A stretch of 64,000 nucleotides of DNA from an uncultured Acidimicrobiales bacterium (GTDB lineage Bacteria > Actinomycetota > Acidimicrobiia > Acidimicrobiales > SHLQ01), in contig CALHTF010000004.1 in assembly GCA_938038815.1 (NCBI GenBank), forward strand, positions 6,824 through 70,823, written 5' to 3'. Under the pieces are notes generated by a model. The model saw only the letters and a list, made by a program, of their open reading frames with translations. It searched no databases and was not told the origin of the DNA. A program made the translations under genes and the position numbers. Positions 56,801 through 64,000 of this stretch are shown here, piece after piece (positions within the stretch are counted from its first letter, which is position 1; each line of letters starts with the position of its first letter).

Positions 56801-58086
56801 CGTTGCGCTCGATGGTGGTCGCCGCGACTATCGAGCGATCGCCCGACGAGCTCCACGTGTACGTCGTCGACTTCGGCAAAGGGGACCTGGTCGACCTCGG
56901 CGATCTCGCCCATGTGGGGGCGGTGGTGACCGCGGCGGAGACCGAACGCCAAGAACGATTGATGCGGCGACTAGCCGATGAAGTGCACGATCGGCGAGCG
57001 ACCGACCCCGCCGTGGTTGCCGCCCGGCCGCGGATTCTGCTGGTTGTCGACGGCCTCGACACCATGCGCCGCCGCCACGAGGACAACTACGCGTTGGCCG
57101 ACCGTTTCGAGTCGGTGTTCCTCGACGGGTCGGCGGTGGGTGTCCACACGGTTGTGGCCACCAGCTCACCGCTCGGTCTGGCCAACCTGTCGACCGCAAT
57201 CTCGTTCCAGCTGTACCTCCGGTTGAGCGATCCGTCGGAGCTGCGCGAGATCGGGGTACGAGGCACGGTCGATCCTGAGCCGCCCCCGGGCCGGGGCCAC
57301 CTCGGACCGCACGGTCTCGAAGCTCAGGTGGCGGTAGTCGACCAGGCCGGTTGGGCCATCGCGCTCGCTCATCGGGCGCAGGTGGGCCCGCAACAGGTCG
57401 GCGTGCTCGGCCAAGCGGTCTGCCTGGACGAACTGTTTGACGAATGGGACGAGGACACGACTGGCCAGAACCGTGTCGAAGGTCTGGTGGTGGGCCGCTC
57501 AGCGAACCAGCTCGAGCCGGTTGTGGTCGCCGGCGAGGTTGGCCAGCATCTGCTCGTGGTGGGCCCGGCCCGATCGGGTCGATCGAACGCTCTCCAGGTG
57601 CTTGCGGCGAGCGTTCGGCGGATGGGAGCACGGGGCGTGTGGCTCGGCGACCACCGCGACTGCGAACACGGTAATTCCGAACATTGTGATCCCGAACATA
57701 GTGATCCCGAACGGATTGGCTACGGCGATCTGCACTGTCTCGCATCGTCCGAGTGGGCGCCTACCTATCTTTTTGTCGACGATGCGGCTGGGGTCGACGA
57801 CCCCGATGGTGAGCTCGTTCGGCTGTTGAGCGGCGATGCGGTCACGGTCATCGCCGCCGGCCGGACAGATCGACTGCGGGCTGCGTATGGCCACTGGACC
57901 AACGAGTTTCGACACCAACGCCGAGCGTTGGTGCTGTGGCCCGACATGCTCGATGGGGATCTCATCGGTGTCGACATCGACAGCTCGATCGTTCGGTCGT
58001 TGGCCGACGCGAAGTTTGCTGGTCGAGCGGTGTTGGTGGGCGACGGAGAGCAGATCGTGGTGCAGATCGCCACGGACGAGGCCTAG
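53851..58086 (+). CDS. FHA-domain, membrane-anchored triple FtsK/SpoIIIE ATPase (EssC/EccC-like type VII secretion ATPase)
   Basis: Start at MNVVVEH (ATG 53851). FHA signature LTLRPGRYVVGRLRSADLTLESATVSRRHARLDV...ITDLGSHNGTAVLG. Two TM helices (WAAIVAPLVLGVAMAVLW / LFALFILLSPVLTLANWW). Three P-loop domains: GGTTGSGKSELL + VVVIDEFATL, GANRSGKTTAL + LLVVDGLD, and GPARSGRSNAL. Confidence 0.85.
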   Translation: MNVVVEHLARRRVVMIATAGPDHLVGDLALAIASGGGHWADFATATRFEIDGVAQEASTPLGESGLRPGSVVRHAVESPTFHDRGGAALGVLDVVGGLESGQSLTLRPGRYVVGRLRSADLTLESATVSRRHARLDVSAGGDLSITDLGSHNGTAVLGRSARALSVAGEPQPLAWASHVRAGSVTLAAHEPPTDDAPHHLASQPVFGGVGSRPVFNRQPRPPLGGQGPPMHFPQRGRPERYSPRFSWAAIVAPLVLGVAMAVLWDPLFALFILLSPVLTLANWWEERHQHRRERKRLERDFTHDLARFETELQQRLVVEANRRWAQHHHLAEVRRRVVVPSVRLWERRPHHADFLRVSIGRGDAGWTPPTNDEQDQKPEPEVAELLATTSILADVPIELDLSAGTVVGLTGDRHSRTSRAVARSIIAQLVVHHGPADLEIGVLVEPGTAHHWEWASLVPHAIDRHGAGRGGLIGVGEHRIAELANRWVGRSGESVPAVVVVDGESLFAGRDAPVRRLAQAPNVTLVVLAPNADWLPGRTETIVETSSEAGVAVVRTVNGPVSGPVLLDGLASSAAWRIGAASARFDDPELQIAGAGVPASTGLGVLFGEPVTAESIGRRWASSAASGSIATPIGIDAFGTVMLDLIADGPHGLVGGTTGSGKSELLRTMVASLAATADTETVSFLLIDYKGGSAFDGCVGLPHTVGVVTDLDPALSERALRCLEAELEYRERLLRSFAVESIDAYRDRRAVDSGLEPLPRLVVVIDEFATLRTELPDFVDALIGVAQRGRSLGVHLILATQRPSGAVDDNIRTNTNIRIALRVLDAADSIDVIGIDDAAAIGAAQPGRACLRSGPKAVTTFQSARVTGPAPSDADHNLVVVPTWLGEPVEPFDPTQRQADGVTELQGLVEATLEAHAATGHALPRRPWPDPLAADLMLGDVGGHPDSFGLVDDPEQQRQFPLRWEMSDANAVVVGANRSGKTTALRSMVVAATIERSPDELHVYVVDFGKGDLVDLGDLAHVGAVVTAAETERQERLMRRLADEVHDRRATDPAVVAARPRILLVVDGLDTMRRRHEDNYALADRFESVFLDGSAVGVHTVVATSSPLGLANLSTAISFQLYLRLSDPSELREIGVRGTVDPEPPPGRGHLGPHGLEAQVAVVDQAGWAIALAHRAQVGPQQVGVLGQAVCLDELFDEWDEDTTGQNRVEGLVVGRSANQLEPVVVAGEVGQHLLVVGPARSGRSNALQVLAASVRRMGARGVWLGDHRDCEHGNSEHCDPEHSDPERIGYGDLHCLASSEWAPTYLFVDDAAGVDDPDGELVRLLSGDAVTVIAAGRTDRLRAAYGHWTNEFRHQRRALVLWPDMLDGDLIGVDIDSSIVRSLADAKFAGRAVLVGDGEQIVVQIATDEA
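57664..57714 (+). repeat. 15-nt in-frame tandem repeat (3.4 copies) inside the ATPase gene
   Basis: gaacacggtaattcc / gaacattgtgatccc / gaacatagtgatccc / gaacgg encodes EHGNS-EHCDP-EHSDP-ER. It is visibly less GC-rich than the surrounding sequence. Confidence 0.85.
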
Positions 58087-58937
58087 TCGTCGGGGTTGCG
58101 CTCGCGCAGGAAGTTTTCGACCTCGGTCGCCAGGTCGACTCCACTCAGATCGAGGTTGCCCGATTCGTCGAAGTTCGACTCGAGTTCGCTGACGTACGCC
58201 GATACTTCCGGGTCGCCAATAACCGCGGCGTCGACCATCTGTTGCCAGCCTTCGGCCATGCCGCCGAGTCCGTCGCTGCGCGTCGAGATACCGGTGACCG
58301 CCTCGAGGCGAGCGAGTAGCGCTTGGGTTGCCTTGGGGCTGGGTTCGCCCATCACGTAGTGCGGTACCGATACCCGCAGCGAGATGACGGGCAGTCCAGC
58401 GGCATCGAGCGCGTTGTGGATGACACCAGTAACCCCCGATGGGCCCTCGTAGCTCGGTCGTCCGAGTCCGAGCCGAAGCGCCAGTTCGGCGTCGGTGGCG
58501 CTGCCCACCACTTCGATCGGGCGGGTGTGGGGCACCATGCCGGGCGAAGACCCGAGGGTCACAAACAATTCGGCGCCGGTGGCGCGGCCGATCTCCACCA
58601 CCTGTTCGGCGAAGGTCTTCCAGCGGAGATGAGGCTCGACCCCGACGATGGTCAAGATGTCGCGATGATCGCCAGCTTGTAGGAGGCGACAGTACGAGTC
58701 GGGCCAGTCGATCACCCGTTGGCCCTCGACCAGGCGGACCTGGGGTCGCTGTTGTTGGAAATCAAAGAACGTTTCGGAATCGATGGTGGCCAACATCGTT
58801 GGATCGTGCTGGCTATGTAGCCAGTCGGTGGCGGCGGTGGCCGCTCCGCCGGCGTTAAAGAACCCGTCAAACGCCGCGATAACGATGGGTCGACGAGTGG
58901 TTTCGGGATGGTCGCCTGACCACTGAAGTTCGCTCAC
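58083..58937 (-). CDS. PAC2-family (proteasome assembly chaperone-like) protein
   Basis: PIVIAAFDGFFNAGGAATAATDWL and PSYEGPSGVTGVIHNALDAAGLPVISLRVSVPHY are typical of actinobacterial PAC2 proteins. Start uncertain: GTG 58937 is proposed, and the track ORF extends to 59294. Confidence 0.65.
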   Translation of the reverse strand: MSELQWSGDHPETTRRPIVIAAFDGFFNAGGAATAATDWLHSQHDPTMLATIDSETFFDFQQQRPQVRLVEGQRVIDWPDSYCRLLQAGDHRDILTIVGVEPHLRWKTFAEQVVEIGRATGAELFVTLGSSPGMVPHTRPIEVVGSATDAELALRLGLGRPSYEGPSGVTGVIHNALDAAGLPVISLRVSVPHYVMGEPSPKATQALLARLEAVTGISTRSDGLGGMAEGWQQMVDAAVIGDPEVSAYVSELESNFDESGNLDLSGVDLATEVENFLRERNPDD

Positions 58938-59254
58938 TTGGGAGAGTTTCGCACAGCCCGCGGCCCTTTCTGCGCCAGGGTGAGGTTGAATATCACGGTA
59001 CGTGGTTGCGGTTCCGCATCGTTCTTTGCAAAGGTGGGGACCGCAGAACCGGGGGAGAGACTCAAGTGATTCTTGGGCCTTGGTGTGGCGCATGCGGTAT
59101 TTGTTCGGTACTGATGGTGGTGTTCCTAACGCAACTATCGGGCGACAGTGGCGGCTGTGAACAAGCAATGCGTTGGAAATGCGCTGGTCACAGCGTGTGA
59201 ATACCTGCGGTTCGAAAGTCGAGTCGCCGATAGTGGAGCAAGGGCAGGGGCGTA

Positions 59255-61213
59255 ATGGTTCAAACCAACCAAGGGAAAAATGGGTTGGCAGCATTGGGGG
59301 TTGTCGTCGCGGTGCTCGCGATGATTGCCACGTTGTTAGGAGCGGCGCCTACCGCCGCATCGAGTGGATTGGCGAGCGAAGGGGTGGTGAGCACCGACCG
59401 ACTCGGCGATGCTCTTGACTTCAGTAACGCCGATGTCCAACCGTTCGCCGCCACGGTGAACGGCAACGGCATGATCGATATCGAGGTGCTCACCGCCGAC
59501 ACCGGCGAGGTCGCCGATGAACTGCGGGCGCTCGGTGCAACCGTGAACGGCAGCCAGGACGGCGCGGCGGTGCATGTCGAGGCGACCCCCGAAATGATTA
59601 GCCAGATCGAAGCGATCAACGGCGTCGACGGCGTCTTGCCAGCCTTGCAGGTCGTCAACGCCCGAGGTTCGGTCGTCGGCGAAGAGGTGGCTCACATCGG
59701 CGCTCCCACCTGGCACGCCGCCGGCGCAACCGGCAAGGGTGTGCGAGTTCTACTCGTCGACCAGTTCGGTAAGGCAATCTGGGATCGGGCCCGAGCATCG
59801 AAGGATGTCCCGAAACCATCCGGCACGTTCTGCTCGGTCCGCGGCCGCGACTGCAGCGTCTGGGACGTGGTGAACCCGAACGAACCGCACGGCACCGCCG
59901 TGGCCGAAATGGTCCACGAACTCGCCCCCAACGCCAAGATCTACCTGGCGACCCAAGGCACGACCGTCGACCTTCCTCGGATCGTCGACTACGCCATCTC
60001 GAACAAGATCGACATCATCTCGATGTCGCAGGTGCTCACCGGCTTTGATACCCCAGGTAACGGCACCGGCACCTGGAACGCCGCGGCGGCCAAGGCAGCC
60101 GACAACGGCATTGCCTTCTTTGCCTCGAGCGGTAACCGCGGCGGTGTTCCTGGAGCAACCACCGCGCAAGAACGTGGCGTGTACTACCGAGGACCGTTCA
60201 CCGACACCAACAACGACGGCATCCACGAGTTCGTGCCCGGCGGCGATGAGCTGATGGGCTACCAGACCTGTAACGGTCAGATCAGCGCTCGTTGGAACGA
60301 CTTTGATTCCACCGGTACCGAGTTTGGCTTCACCGCCAGCAACGCGACCGACTACGAACTCATCGTGGTCGACAATCTCGATCAGACGCCGTTGCCGATC
60401 AAGTATCGCAGTACCGAACGTCAAGGTTCGCCCGGCCAGTTGCCGATCGAATTCGCACCCGGCGACGATTGCCGTTCCGGCCAGGTCGACTTTGTGGCGG
60501 TACGCATGGTCAGCCCGGGTAACGGCACCCAGGGCGACATCATTGAGATCATGGCCGCCAACGGTCAGTTCGAGTACTACCAGAACCCATACTCGGCCGC
60601 GATCCCAATCGTCGATAGCAAGCGGGCTGGCATCTTTGGTGTCGGCGCCGTCGACCCGGTCGGCGGAAACCAGATTGCGACCTACAGCTCGCAGGGTCCG
60701 ACCACCGACGGACGTATGACCCCGAAGATTTCGGGTGCGGCGTGTGTCGAGACCACCGCCTATGGCCCGAACCAGTGCTTCAACGGCACGAGTGCCGGTG
60801 CGCCTTCGGTGGCCGGTTTCGCGGCGTTGGTTCTGTCGTCTGGATTGGCCAAGAACCCGGCGCAACTGGAGGCCTTCCTGGCGAGCAACGCCATCGACCG
60901 GGGCCCCCGTGGCGCCGACTCGATCTTTGGTCACGGTGAAGCGATTGCGATCAGTGCACCGTGCGGTGGCCGTTTGGCTACCAAGGTCGGAACTAACGGT
61001 AAGGACACCCTCAAGGGCACCAAGAAGGCCGATGTCATCGCGGGTCTTGGCGGCAACGACAAGATCATCGGTAAGGGTGGAAACGACATCTTGTGCGGTA
61101 ACGGCGGCAACGACACCTTGATCGGTGGCGGCGGCAAGGACACCTGTTACAGCAATGCGCTTGGTCTCAAGAAGGACAAGGGTAAGTACAAGAAGTGTAA
61201 GAAGAAGAAGTAA
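59255..61213 (+). CDS. Secreted S8 (subtilisin-family) peptidase with C-terminal RTX-type Ca-binding repeats and a poly-Lys end
   Basis: Signal-like [26 protein letters not shown]. Catalytic contexts [10 protein letters not shown] (Asp), [10 protein letters not shown] (His), ASSGNRGG (Asn) and [12 protein letters not shown] (Ser). C-terminus [36 protein letters not shown], then [14 protein letters not shown]. Confidence 0.85.
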   Translation: MVQTNQGKNGLAALGVVVAVLAMIATLLGAAPTAASSGLASEGVVSTDRLGDALDFSNADVQPFAATVNGNGMIDIEVLTADTGEVADELRALGATVNGSQDGAAVHVEATPEMISQIEAINGVDGVLPALQVVNARGSVVGEEVAHIGAPTWHAAGATGKGVRVLLVDQFGKAIWDRARASKDVPKPSGTFCSVRGRDCSVWDVVNPNEPHGTAVAEMVHELAPNAKIYLATQGTTVDLPRIVDYAISNKIDIISMSQVLTGFDTPGNGTGTWNAAAAKAADNGIAFFASSGNRGGVPGATTAQERGVYYRGPFTDTNNDGIHEFVPGGDELMGYQTCNGQISARWNDFDSTGTEFGFTASNATDYELIVVDNLDQTPLPIKYRSTERQGSPGQLPIEFAPGDDCRSGQVDFVAVRMVSPGNGTQGDIIEIMAANGQFEYYQNPYSAAIPIVDSKRAGIFGVGAVDPVGGNQIATYSSQGPTTDGRMTPKISGAACVETTAYGPNQCFNGTSAGAPSVAGFAALVLSSGLAKNPAQLEAFLASNAIDRGPRGADSIFGHGEAIAISAPCGGRLATKVGTNGKDTLKGTKKADVIAGLGGNDKIIGKGGNDILCGNGGNDTLIGGGGKDTCYSNALGLKKDKGKYKKCKKKK

Positions 61214-61259
61214 CACCAACCCGTAGCGAAGCGTCGCATCGGCGCTTTGATCGGTAGCG

Positions 61260-61296
61260 ACGGACGGCACCTCAGGGTGCCGTCCGTTTCGGTTTT
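61260..61296 (+). terminator. Rho-independent terminator after the S8 peptidase gene
   Basis: ACGGACGGCACC-tcag-GGTGCCGTCCGT is a perfect 12-bp stem, followed by ttcggtttt. Confidence 0.75.
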
Positions 61297-61333
61297 CAGC
61301 CGAGCGGCTCTGCTTTGCAACTAGTGTGCGGGT

Positions 61334-61801
61334 ATGGGAAAGAACAAAGAGCCACTCGAACGTATGGAAGAACTCGGCCAGCAGGCCTACGACGTGATCT
61401 CGGCCGGACTGACCGACATCGTTGGTCGTCTGCAAGAACTCGCCGAAACGATCGAAGAAAAGGTCGAAGAACAGTTCCGAGCCGCCAGCGGAACGCCGAC
61501 TCCGGCCAAGAAGGCGGCAGCGAAGAAGGCTCCGGCCAAGAAGGCGGCGGCGAAGAAGGCACCGGCCAAGAAGGCGGCGGCGAAGAAAGCTCCGGCCAAG
61601 AAGGCGGCCCCGGCCAAGAAGAAGGTCACTGCCAAGAAGAAGGCCCCGGCCAAGAAGAAGCCAGCGGCCAAAAAGAGCACGGCGAAGAAGGCGGCCAAGA
61701 AAGCTCCGGCCAAGAAGAAGGCCACTGCCAAGAAGAAGGCCCCGGCGAAGAAGTCCGCAGCGAAGAAACCAGCGGCGAAGAAGTCAGCGGCTAAGAAGTA
61801 G
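61334..61801 (+). CDS. Small protein with a histone-H1-like Lys/Ala/Pro repeat tail
   Basis: 155 aa. An acidic helical N-terminus of about 55 aa ([25 protein letters not shown]...) is followed by about 100 aa of AKK/PAKK repeats. Confidence 0.65.
   Translation: MGKNKEPLERMEELGQQAYDVISAGLTDIVGRLQELAETIEEKVEEQFRAASGTPTPAKKAAAKKAPAKKAAAKKAPAKKAAAKKAPAKKAAPAKKKVTAKKKAPAKKKPAAKKSTAKKAAKKAPAKKKATAKKKAPAKKSAAKKPAAKKSAAKK
61514..61603 (+). repeat. 30-nt in-frame tandem repeat x3 ([10 protein letters not shown]) within the H1-like gene
   Basis: gcggc(a/g)gcgaagaa(g/a)gc(t/a)ccggccaagaag repeated three times head-to-tail. Confidence 0.8.
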
Positions 61802-61812
61802 CTACACCAGGT

Positions 61813-62424
61813 TTGGGGGAACCGTTGCGCACTAGGTCACATCGTCAGCACCATAAGGACTCATCGAGTTCGCGGTGGCTGGTCTTGGTTGGCGCGCTGG
61901 TGTTGGCTATCGCGGGCCCCTTTGTTGGGGTGGCCCACGCCCAATCCGATAGCGACGCGGGTCCGCCGTGTCCGACGGCTGAGCAGTTGGTGTCGGGGGC
62001 CAACGCCATCGTGGTCGGCAGTGTGGTCGAAGTTCGCGACGCCGCGCCCGACGGCGAGTATGGCGACGTGGTGGTCATCGACATCTTGTCGATCGAAAAA
62101 GGTGGGGCCCAGAATCCGCTGGCGGTGACCTACCCGAAAAACGAGCCGTTCCCCGACCTGGTGCCCGAAACCGAACTCAACGTGGTGGTCCAGTACGACA
62201 CCGAGACGGGCCGGGCCAGCTCGACGATCGCCTGTGGCCGGACCATCCGCGCCGATGGCGAACCGCTGCTCATCGCCGACGAGAACGATCGCGGCGATTT
62301 GGCCACCACGGCGGGCGAAACCGCTCGACAAGCACTCACCGTGCTGGGATTCGGCGGTGCCGCAGTGATTGGACTCACTCTGTTTTGGCGGTTCTTTCGG
62401 GAATTTCGGCCCCGTCTTTCCTAG
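61813..62424 (+). CDS. Hypothetical secreted protein with a C-terminal TM anchor
   Basis: Signal-like WLVLVGALVLAIAGPFVGVAHAQS, a domain of about 130 aa with two Cys, and C-terminal LTVLGFGGAAVIGLTLFWRFF. Confidence 0.45.
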   Translation: MGEPLRTRSHRQHHKDSSSSRWLVLVGALVLAIAGPFVGVAHAQSDSDAGPPCPTAEQLVSGANAIVVGSVVEVRDAAPDGEYGDVVVIDILSIEKGGAQNPLAVTYPKNEPFPDLVPETELNVVVQYDTETGRASSTIACGRTIRADGEPLLIADENDRGDLATTAGETARQALTVLGFGGAAVIGLTLFWRFFREFRPRLS

Positions 62425-62570
62425 TTGTAGCTAGAGCGAGGCTGCTTCTGGCGTTGCGTGCGAGCCGTTTCGGCGACTACTCGGTGCCACGATTTCACGC
62501 GACAATGAGAGTCGCCGAAGCGTCTTGTAACTAACCGAACTCCACCAGTCAGGGGATTTGATCCGCCATC

Positions 62571-63374
62571 GTGAAAGCCCGCTCCCTCGCCGCATCGTTT
62601 CTCACCGTTCTCGCAATCGGATTCTTGACGGTTGGGGTGTTGTGGTGGACCGGTGCCGTCTCGATCAACTGGCCGTGGAACAACATCGAACTCAACGTGG
62701 CGTCGTCAAAGACGGTCGTCGCTCCCGATGCTCCGGCCCGGATTTACCGGGTCGAGCCGTTGGCACTCGACTGCCGGGCCCGAATTTCGGCCGTCGTGCC
62801 GGTCAAAGGCAAGAAGGAACATGAACTCGCGGGCCGGGTCTACCGAACCGACACGGTGGAAATGGAAGCGTTCGGCGATGTTGATACATGCGTGAACGCC
62901 GAATTGGTCGAGATCGAAGAGCGCGACGACGGCACAACCAAGGTGACGATTCCCGCCGAGGCGATCGAGTTCGTTCGCCCCCGGGTCGATGCGGTGGCTA
63001 CTCGCGACAGCGTTCGGTTCGATAAGGGGTTGATCGGAAAGCTCACCGATGCGTTTCCTTGGGTGAGCGATAACGAGTCGCTGACCTCCAACGCCTACGC
63101 CTTCGCCCAAACGGTGATCGGTGGGAGTGAGTGCATGGAACAGGCCTACGTGGTGACCGAGCAGGTCTTGGTCGAGGCGTACGCTGAGCACGCACGGGAG
63201 AGTGGCGGGAATCCTGACCGGGTCGAGGTGGAGATCGTCGGGACCCCCGACTTTGATCAAAACGCGCCCCTGACCGAACTCGATGGCACCGACTTTGAGG
63301 TTCGAAACGACCAGGTTGAGTGCGAGGTCGCCGATGGGGCAACCGACCAAGCGGGCGTAGAAATTGTCCAATAA
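62571..63374 (+). CDS. Hypothetical membrane-anchored / secreted acidic protein
   Basis: GTG start, an N-terminal TM (LAASFLTVLAIGFLTVGVLWW) and an acidic globular remainder. Coding-like composition, unlike the Arg-rich antisense ORF 62706-63740. Confidence 0.5.
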   Translation: MKARSLAASFLTVLAIGFLTVGVLWWTGAVSINWPWNNIELNVASSKTVVAPDAPARIYRVEPLALDCRARISAVVPVKGKKEHELAGRVYRTDTVEMEAFGDVDTCVNAELVEIEERDDGTTKVTIPAEAIEFVRPRVDAVATRDSVRFDKGLIGKLTDAFPWVSDNESLTSNAYAFAQTVIGGSECMEQAYVVTEQVLVEAYAEHARESGGNPDRVEVEIVGTPDFDQNAPLTELDGTDFEVRNDQVECEVADGATDQAGVEIVQ

Positions 63375-63422
63375 ACACGTCGTGGTTCTCGGGTAGGGGA
63401 GCGGCGGTCTAGGATCACCTCT

Positions 63423-64000
63423 ATGGCTTTCCCCCCAAGCCCCACCCCACGACTCGCCCGCCAACTGGCCGAACAAGAGGCCCTCCTCGCCGGGCAGAAC
63501 CTGGTTGGCCCTGAGCATTTGTTGGTGGCCCTCGCGTCTCGTGATCTCGAACCGGGCCCCACGGCGCTCGGCGCCTTTGGGCTCACCGCCAACTTGTTGC
63601 GGGTCGCCCTGCACGAGCTGTTCGACCAGGCATTGGCCCGGCCTATTGGTCGCCTCGGTTTCAGCGTTTTGGCCGAACGGGCCTTCTACAACGCCGAGTT
63701 GTTTGCGGCGAGCGAGTCGAGCCCGGTCGCCCAGCGACACCTGCTCGCTGGTGTGCTGTCGGTCGATTCCCAGAACGTGACCCGCATGTTGTCCAAACTC
63801 GGCACTTCGGCCGGAGCAATCCAGCGCGTGTTGGGCCTTGGGCCAGTACCGGTTCGGCGAGGCCCCGAGCCGACGACGACGCCGATCGTTTCGGAAACGG
63901 TGAGCACGACCTCCTCCACCGCGTTGGCCACCCGGCTCGACGATCTCAACGACCGGGTCGATCAGCTCACCAACCTGGTGGAAGACCTGCTGGCGAGGTA
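63423..64000 (+). CDS. Clp N-terminal (Clp R) repeat-domain protein; 3' end beyond the window
   Basis: Own translation from ATG 63423: MAFPPSPTPRLARQLAEQEALLAGQNLVGPEHLLVALAS...AQRHLLAGVLSVDSQNVTRMLSKLG... shows two Clp_N-type repeats. No stop before 64000, so it is not in the ORF track. Confidence 0.6.
   Translation, partial: MAFPPSPTPRLARQLAEQEALLAGQNLVGPEHLLVALASRDLEPGPTALGAFGLTANLLRVALHELFDQALARPIGRLGFSVLAERAFYNAELFAASESSPVAQRHLLAGVLSVDSQNVTRMLSKLGTSAGAIQRVLGLGPVPVRRGPEPTTTPIVSETVSTTSSTALATRLDDLNDRVDQLTNLVEDLLAR

Noticed and set aside
59207-59220. GCGGTTCGAAAGTC resembling a tRNA T-arm, in the 320-bp gap between the PAC2 and S8 genes.
   Set aside because: I could not build an acceptor stem, anticodon arm or a complementary 3' end around it, so it is not a tRNA.
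59255-61213. S8 protease as a bona fide T7SS mycosin (MycP).
   Set aside because: It lacks the C-terminal TM anchor typical of mycosins and instead ends in RTX repeats and a poly-Lys tract. The link rests on proximity only, so I kept it as a question rather than a call.
1-64000. Mobile elements, prophage, CRISPR-Cas, toxin-antitoxin or restriction-modification or other defence islands.
   Set aside because: No integrase, transposase, recombinase, Cas, phage structural or methylase/nuclease signatures were seen in any frame. The SF2 helicase at 6044-7687 has no adjacent nuclease or methylase partner.

Overview
High-GC, gene-dense chromosomal segment with about 56 supportable CDS. By eye I found no rRNA, tRNA, CRISPR array, transposase or integrase. 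The gene content looks actinobacterial: a PAC2 protein, polyphosphate glucokinase, LLM/F420-type oxidoreductases, WXG100 and a DUF3097-like protein. This taxonomic placement is inference only. Most of the window is housekeeping or accessory metabolism: xthA, ppgK, pirin, a serA-DUF1015-pabBC operon, tag, acyl-CoA ligase, C-S lyase, MFS and several TetR regulators. Six things stand out. (1) A thioredoxin-fold (TlpA/ResA/redoxin-like) gene on the minus strand at 33651-34664 has a single in-frame TGA exactly where the active-site Cys should be, followed by a GC hairpin. It is a candidate selenoprotein. (2) A minimal type VII secretion-like pair sits at 53550-58086: a WXG100 protein plus an FHA-domain, triple FtsK/SpoIIIE ATPase. 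A secreted S8 protease with RTX-type repeats lies nearby. (3) Three large c-di-GMP signalling proteins occur within about 17 kb, two of them with degenerate catalytic motifs. (4) Two proteins carry histone-H1-like Lys/Ala-rich tails. (5) A type-B carboxylesterase homologue has its nucleophile Ser replaced (GSGAG instead of GESAG). (6) Two paralogous regulators of about 448 aa each contain tandem TetR-like modules. Start codons are approximate and many appear to be GTG/TTG. All calls rest on reading the translations and motifs. No database search or computation was run.
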